In this document: positions 57,241 to 64,000 of the stretch, piece by piece
Position numbering within the stretch: position 1 is the stretch's first letter
Layout: every line of letters starts with the position of its first letter
Assembly (NCBI GenBank): GCA_951406725.2
Contig: OX597836.1
Coordinates: 16,368,001-16,432,000 of the forward strand
Source of the DNA: Octopus vulgaris
Lineage: Eukaryota
DNA length: 64,000 nucleotides
Reading direction: 5' to 3'
The notes under the pieces: generated by a model
What the model was told of the DNA's origin: nothing
The model's database searches: none
Seen by the model: only the letters and a program-made list of their open reading frames with translations
Position numbers and translations under genes: made by a program

Positions 57241-57567
57241 GAGAAAAAATTAGAAAAGAAAAGAAAGGGAAAGAGAAAGAAAAGATACGAAAGAAAAGAA
57301 GAAAGAGAGAAAGAGAGAAAAGGAGAAAAATAAAGAAGGAAGGAAAGAAAGAAGGAAAGAAAGAAAGAAGGAAAGAAAGGAAGGAAGGAAGACACAATGG
57401 AAGAGAAAAGAGAGAAAGAAATGAGAAAAAATTAGAATAGAAAAGAAAGGGAAAGAGAAAGAAAAGATACGAAAGAAAAGAAGAAAGAGAGAAAGAGAGA
57501 AAAGGAGAAAAAGAAAGAAGGAAAGAAAGAAAGAAAGAAAGGAAGGAAGGAAGAAAGACACAATGGA
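57241..57567. repeat. Purine-rich tandem duplication, period about 182 bp
   Basis: Markers ATTAGAA, AGATACGAAAG and GACACAATGGAA each occur twice. Confidence 0.85.
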
Positions 57568-57648
57568 AAAGAAAAGAGAGAAAACAAAAAAGACAAGGAG
57601 AAAGGAAGAAAAAAGAGACAAGAAGACGGAGGGAAATGAACAAAAGAA

Positions 57649-57699
<51 letters not shown>

Positions 57700-58247
57700 C
57701 GTGTGTGTGTGTTGCAATATCGATGAAAAAGAAAGGAAAGCGATTGGAAATATCAAGGCGGGAAAAGAAATAGATACACGGGCGGAGATTGGGAGAGCAG
57801 ACGACATGAAAGTTCTGTCATGGGATTATACGACCTCTGATTAAAATCCTGGGGAAGAAACACAAAATGAGAGGGGGAGGGGGGAGCAATGACTAAAAGA
57901 ACTGAAATAAGAATGCAAATAACGCTAAATGGTGAAAAGAATTGGAAATTTTATGTAGAATGGTGAAAAGGGACGTGTAATGGTTGCGAATCCTTTGAAA
58001 TAGGTGAGAGACAGAGAGATAAGATGGCGGTGAAGGAACGAATGATGAATATAGAGGATAGAAAGCGACTAAGATTGCCTGTTGAGGTCGATGGGAAACA
58101 AGTGTTACATTTGTCGGATATGCATGTGTATGTGTGTGTATGCGCGTGTGTGGTGGGGTGTATACATATATGTATGTATGTCTACATTTATATTTATACA
58201 CACATACACACACACACACATATATACACCACACACATACACACATA

Positions 58248-58280
<33 letters not shown>

Positions 58281-58283
58281 ATA

Positions 58284-58413
58284 TAGGCCCAGGCGTGGCT
58301 GTGCCGTAAAACGCTTGCTTCCCAACAACAGGTTTCCTTGGGCAAGTGTCCTCCACTGTAGCCTCGGGCTGACCAAAGCCTTGTGAGTGGATCTAAACTG
58401 AAAGAAGTCTCCG

Positions 58414-58415
<2 letters not shown>
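58284..58415 (+). mobile_element. SINE family C 5' fragment
   Basis: TAGGCCCAGGCGTGGCTGTG head, CCTTGGGCAAGTGTC. Confidence 0.8.
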
Positions 58416-58452
<37 letters not shown>

Positions 58453-58547
58453 TTTTGTGTCTGAGGAGAGTCATTTTCTTTTGTGCCTTATAATGTAACA
58501 CACTCACCGGGTAAAATTTCCACTTTTTTTTTCTTATTTTTATTGTG

Positions 58548-58584
58548 CTAAAATTTTCATTGCGTCTTGCAACCTTTTCAATAG
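58548..58584 (-). ncRNA. Hammerhead motif with U3-A8 core pair
   Basis: Minus: CUA UUGAAAA G GUUGC-AAGAC-GCAAU GAAA AU UU UAG; palindromic AAUU; about 95-nt tail to (TA)n. Confidence 0.62.
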
Positions 58585-58610
58585 TTAGTCTTGCAAATCA
58601 AATCCCAAAA

Positions 58611-58679
<69 letters not shown>

Positions 58680-58724
58680 GTATGGGGAAAGTGGCATCTG
58701 GCACGTACTATGTACGACTAGGAC

Positions 58725-58774
58725 GATGATCAACTGAAGAAGTGTAATAGGGGTGAAACATGTCTAGGATTATC
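58725..58774 (+). ncRNA. Hammerhead motif with canonical core and decayed stem II
   Basis: GAUGAUC AA CUGAAGA aguguaauaggggu GAAA CAUG UC UAG GAUUAUC; palindromic CAUG, GUC triplet. Confidence 0.55.
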
Positions 58775-58924
58775 ACCCTTCTTACTAAAAATCACTCGCA
58801 CTCACACACCACTATACACAAAACTATTTAATTCCTTCTTAATTGGTATTTGAAGTTGTCTTCTTTGGTTGTCTTAAGGAGAATTACTATTAACGTTAAT
58901 GATTTTTTTCCTTTTTTCGTAGAT

Positions 58925-59088
58925 GTGAGTAAGAAGTTTGTATTCCAACGACATGGTTCCGGATTCAGCCCGACTGAGTGGGACCTTCGATAAGTGTCTT
59001 CCACAGCAGTCCCGGGCCAATCCAAAGGTTTGTGAGTGGATTTCGTAGGCGGAAATTGAAAAAGAAACCCGTCATGTGAGTGTGCGTA

Positions 59089-59172
<84 letters not shown>

Positions 59173-59305
59173 TTTTTGTGTTTGTGTTTGTCCTCCACCC
59201 ACGCTTGACAACCAGGTTTTGGGAAAATACGTACTGGGGTCGATTTGTTTGGCCAAACCCTTCATGTCGGTGCTGTAACGAACAAACCGAATCTTGTAAA
59301 AGATA
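58925..59305 (+). mobile_element. Diverged SINE family C
   Basis: Family C blocks around an internal (GT)n. Confidence 0.78.
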
Positions 59306-59648
59306 GAAGATAATTACGACGGAAATTATAATTAATGAGTTAATTAATTAATTAATTGATCTAAAATTGTAGGCTTGTTTTGATTCATTAGATGAAACAT
59401 GTAAGACTCGCACTGCACTTTTCTACTTCACACACCGCCCACGTCACTCGTGGACGATGATCAGAGAAATAATCGCTGCGTGGGAGAAAATAGGAAGGAA
59501 GAAAAGAAGGAAGGAAGGAAGGAAGGAAGGAAGGAAGGGAGAAAGGAACGGCGAGAGGGGTGATAAAGTAAACCACATGGCTAACAGCAACACCTACTAC
59601 TACTACTATTACAAATAATAAGAATAAGAATAATACAATAATAATAAT

Positions 59649-59701
<53 letters not shown>

Positions 59702-59706
59702 TGATG

Positions 59707-59767
<61 letters not shown>

Positions 59768-59775
59768 TAATAATA

Positions 59776-59824
<49 letters not shown>

Positions 59825-60642
59825 TAATAATAATAATAATAATAATGATAATAATAATAATAATAATGATAATAATAATAATAATAATGATAATAATAAT
59901 AATAATAATAATAATTAATAAAAATAATAATAATAATAGCAACTACAAATAGTAACAGCTGTATGCAAAAACTGCAACTGAAATAACAATAAAAACAACT
60001 TTCTTCGTGGTTATCATTTATTTTTCTTCTTTTCACAGAGGTTTTGGGGCGCATGTGAATGGTTAGGGCGTTACACTCACGACAGCAAGAGCGTGGTTTC
60101 GATTCCCGGACCGGATGGTGCGTTTGTGTTCTTGAGTAAAACCTTCCTCCAGTTCTACTCCGACGTCCCATTCAGGAAAATTTTGTGACCTCGGCTACTA
60201 ATACCTTGTGCCCGGACTTACGAGTCCTGGGGGCTCATATCAATCTTTCAGGATCGATCTCTCCTTCTCTCTCTCTCTTTCTTTATTTACCTACCTATCT
60301 ATCTCTCTTCTTTTTTTTGTCTGTCTTTTCTCCCTTTCTCGTTTCTCCCTTTCTGTTCTGTCCCTCTCTCTCATCTCTCAGTATCTATCTTTTTCTTTCT
60401 CTCTTTCTTTCTCTCTTCCACTACTCTCTTTGTATCCCTAATTCAAAGGTCCAATCAAGTCACATCATGTCACCCTAATTCAACCAGAGACTGCTTAAGG
60501 CGGGAGGCATGTGTTTGAAGAATACTCAGCTACCTACGCAATAATTTCAATCAAAATTCGATTTGTTAAATTGCTGAATGCGCATCGCCGAGACCGACTG
60601 AAAACCCACCACTTACACATACAAAGACAGTATATACAAATA

Positions 60643-61343
60643 CTTAATCGTTTATCTGTCCTTGTTTGTCCTCTCTGTGTTTAGCCCCTTGTGGGTAGTA
60701 AAGAAATAGATATTTCGTCTGCCGTTATGTTCTGAGTTCAAATTCCACCGAGGTCGACTTTGCCTTTCATCCTTTCGAGGTCGATAAATTAAGTACTAGT
60801 TACGCACTGGGGTCGATGTACTCGATTTAATACCTTTGTCTGTCCTTGTTTGTCCTTGTTTGTCCCCTCTATGTTTAGCCCCTTGTGGGCAATAAAGAAA
60901 TAAGAATCGTTGGAACGTCGTGCAAAATGCTTAGTGGCATTTCGTCCGTCTAACGTTCTGAGTTCAAATTCTACCGAGGTCGACTTTGACTTTCATCCTT
61001 CCGGGGGTCGATAAAATAAGTACCAGCAGAGCATCGGGGATCAACGTAATCGAGTAGCCATCTTCTCCAAAATTGCTGGCCTTGTGTCTAAATTTGAAAC
61101 CAATATTATTTCCCTTGCAGTTATTGTTGTTGTATTACTGTTGTTGTATTATCGATGTTGAGCTGGCAGAACTGTTAGCACGCCGGGCAAAATGCTTAGC
61201 GGCCTTTTGTCCGTCTTTACTTTCTGAGTTCAAATTCCGCCACGGTCGACTTTACCTATCATCCTTTCGGGGTTGACGAAATAAGTACCAGTTGAGTACT
61301 GGGGATTAATGCAATCGCCTATCCTCCCTGCCTCAATTTCAGG
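60643..61343 (+). mobile_element. SINE B/B2 concatemer (60643-61100) plus a B2 copy (61160-61343)
   Basis: Partial unit, full unit, AGAATCGTT junction, then B2. Confidence 0.87.
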
Positions 61344-61365
61344 ACTTGTACCTACAGTAGAAAGG

Positions 61366-61433
<68 letters not shown>

Positions 61434-61489
61434 TATCATTATCATGATTATTATTATTAATATCATCATCATCATCATTATTATTATTC

Positions 61490-62858
61490 TGCGGACTGGA
61501 GAACAGCGATAATCTGCCCAATTTTCAAGAAGGGGAGCCGCGAAGACCCGCTTAACTACCGACCGGTTTCCCTTACATCAATAATCAGCAAGATGTTCGA
61601 AACCATCCTTAAGAAAAGTATGATGCTCCACCTCCAAAACACAGCCTCTATCTTTGATTCTCAACACGGCTTCGTGCCGAAGAGATCATGCTTGACCAAC
61701 TTACTGGTAATGGGAGAATTAGTGACGCGCATCCTCGATGATAGTGATGCTGTTGACATCGTTTTATTGGACTTTACCAAAGCTTTTGACTCGGTAAACC
61801 ACCGCCTATTACTTGTCAAGCTTCAAGCATATAGTTTCCATCCGGATATTGTACGATGGGTTGGTGCCTTCCTCTCAGATCGCTCCTTCCAAGTCCAAGT
61901 TAATGGTTCGCGGTCCGACGTCTCCAGTGCGAGCAGTGGCGTGCCTCAAGGTTCAGTGCTTGGGCCCTTATTGTTCTTAGTCTTCATAAATGACTTGCCC
62001 GACGACCTCACGCAACACACCCTTCTATTTGCCGACGATGTCAAACCGGTCGCTCCTCGCGGTGATATAGAGGATCTTCGTCGATGCCTCCACCAAATTT
62101 GGAGATGGTCTAACGAATGGGACCTGTGTCTGAACGTGTCAAAGTGCTGTCATCTGCCTGTTGGCTGTCTTCCTGCAACTCAACTTGATTTCGAGCCGGG
62201 TCGTCTACTGCTGGAGAGACCGATCAGGTAAAGGACCTGGGTATCTTGGTGGATTCCTCCTTTTCGCTTTCGGCCCAGTGCGTCAATGCTGCCAACAAAG
62301 CACGCGGAGTTCTGTTCTTGATTTGACGGTCATTCGGAATGCTCACAGCAGCCATATTCCTACCGTTCTATGACACGCTGGTGAGACCAATATTGGAGTA
62401 CGGGATTCAAACCTCTTCTCCTTATCTCCTCAAAGACATACAGCATCTCGAAAGAGTCCAGAAGCTGGCTACCTGCATGGTTCTTGGTCTCAAGAATTTG
62501 TCTTATGAAGAAAGGCTGAAGACGCTCGACCTTTATTCTCTAGAAAAACGACGACGCCGTGGTAATCTCATTCTTGCTCACAACATCATAAGCGGAAAGT
62601 GTAACCTCTCGAAAGAGCTGTTCTTCACTCCTGCTCCAGAGCGTCGGCTGCGGGGTCATTCCGGAAAGCTCTATCTGCGACGATTTCATCTCAATCGAAG
62701 GAGAGGGGCTTTCTCCGTCCGGGTTGCGGATTCGTGGAATAAGCTGCCGGACGAGATGGTGAAGATGCCGACGACCGCTCGGTTCAAAGTCTCCCTGGAC
62801 CACAAGTGGCCTTGCTTTTTGCTTTTTGAGCCAAAAAATTAACTAACTAACTAACTAA
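61490..62858 (+). mobile_element. CR1-type LINE, 5'-truncated, RT pseudogene
   Basis: PIFKKG..NYRPVSLTS, QHGF, DFTKAFDSV, GVPQGSVLGPLLF, FADD; frameshift near 62220, TGA at 62324; (TAAC)n tail; possible low-complexity TSD TATTATTATTC at 61479-61489 and 62859-62869. Confidence 0.94.
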
Positions 62859-63474
62859 TATTATTATTCCCCCAGCCTGAAAATTTCAGGCCTTGTGCCT
62901 ATAATAGAAATGATTATAGTTATTATTATTGCTGATCAAAGGCATTCCACCCATGGCTATCCCACACAAAGGATGATGTAGTTCTAAAAACAACAACAAA
63001 AAAAAGCTATATATATCTTTACCCACGTTTAAGAAGGTTGGGTGAAATTTAAGGGTGATTTCATTTCTATTTTTAGCATTCTGAGCAATCACTTAATATT
63101 CCTCCTATTGTTATTTCTGACCATTTTTTGAAATATCACTTGTTGTTGTTGTTGCTGTTGTTGTTGTTGTTGTTGAATATTCTGCCACCGCCGCTGCTGC
63201 CGCATTTGTTGTTGTTGTTGTTGTTGTGGTTTCCGCTGTTACTATTGCTGCTATTTCGGTCAACGTTTGATGTTTGCTACTATCTATATCTAGCACTTTC
63301 CATTCACCCACCACCATTTTGTTTTGTTTTATTTCTGTCTTTTTTTGGGGGGGGGGGGGTTCTTGTCTCCTCCACATCCTTCTGTTTTCTCTTACTCCTC
63401 CCACCTCTCCAACATCATCACCACCATTATTATTATTATCATTATCATTATTAATATTATTATCATCATCATCA

Positions 63475-63550
<76 letters not shown>

Positions 63551-63575
63551 CATTATTAATATTATCATCATCATC

Positions 63576-63616
<41 letters not shown>

Positions 63617-63657
63617 CATTATTATCATTATATTATTATTATTATTATCATTATTAC

Positions 63658-63702
<45 letters not shown>

Positions 63703-63889
63703 TAATATTATCATCATCATCCCCATTATTATTATTATTATTATTATTGTTGTTGTTGTTGTTGTTGTTGTTGACATTATTAGTACGGTTATAATTAATT
63801 CTCCACCCCCTGTATTTCAATCCCACACCACTAGCAGTTCTCCAACGCACTTCTGCCTTACCCACGCCCCCCACAGCCCTGCCTACACA

Positions 63890-63977
<88 letters not shown>

Positions 63978-64000
63978 CACACACACGATCGCTTCCAAAT

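Overview
Eukaryotic, AT-rich, repeat-saturated DNA with no supportable host exon, so most likely a large intron or intergenic block. The mix of tRNA-headed SINEs and very long microsatellites resembles a coleoid cephalopod (Octopus-like) genome; this is an inference from pattern recall, not a database search. Most of the ORF track is microsatellite artefact. The real coding remnants are all transposon-derived: two CR1-type LINE copies plus an older RT relic, an RTE 3' end, two Dong/R4-type RLE-endonuclease fragments inside (TAA)n, two DD37D (maT) transposase pieces and a deleted DD34D-type mariner. Non-coding mobile DNA includes at least four SINE families (several with clean target-site duplications), a 7x184-bp SINE array and two short Helitrons. 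The most interesting signal is about nine minimal type-I hammerhead ribozyme motifs (plus weaker ones) from several unrelated repeat families, most followed by a short tail abutting a microsatellite, as expected for Penelope-like pLTR remnants. Together they show C3-G8, G3-C8 and U3-A8 versions of the core tertiary pair plus other non-canonical core changes.
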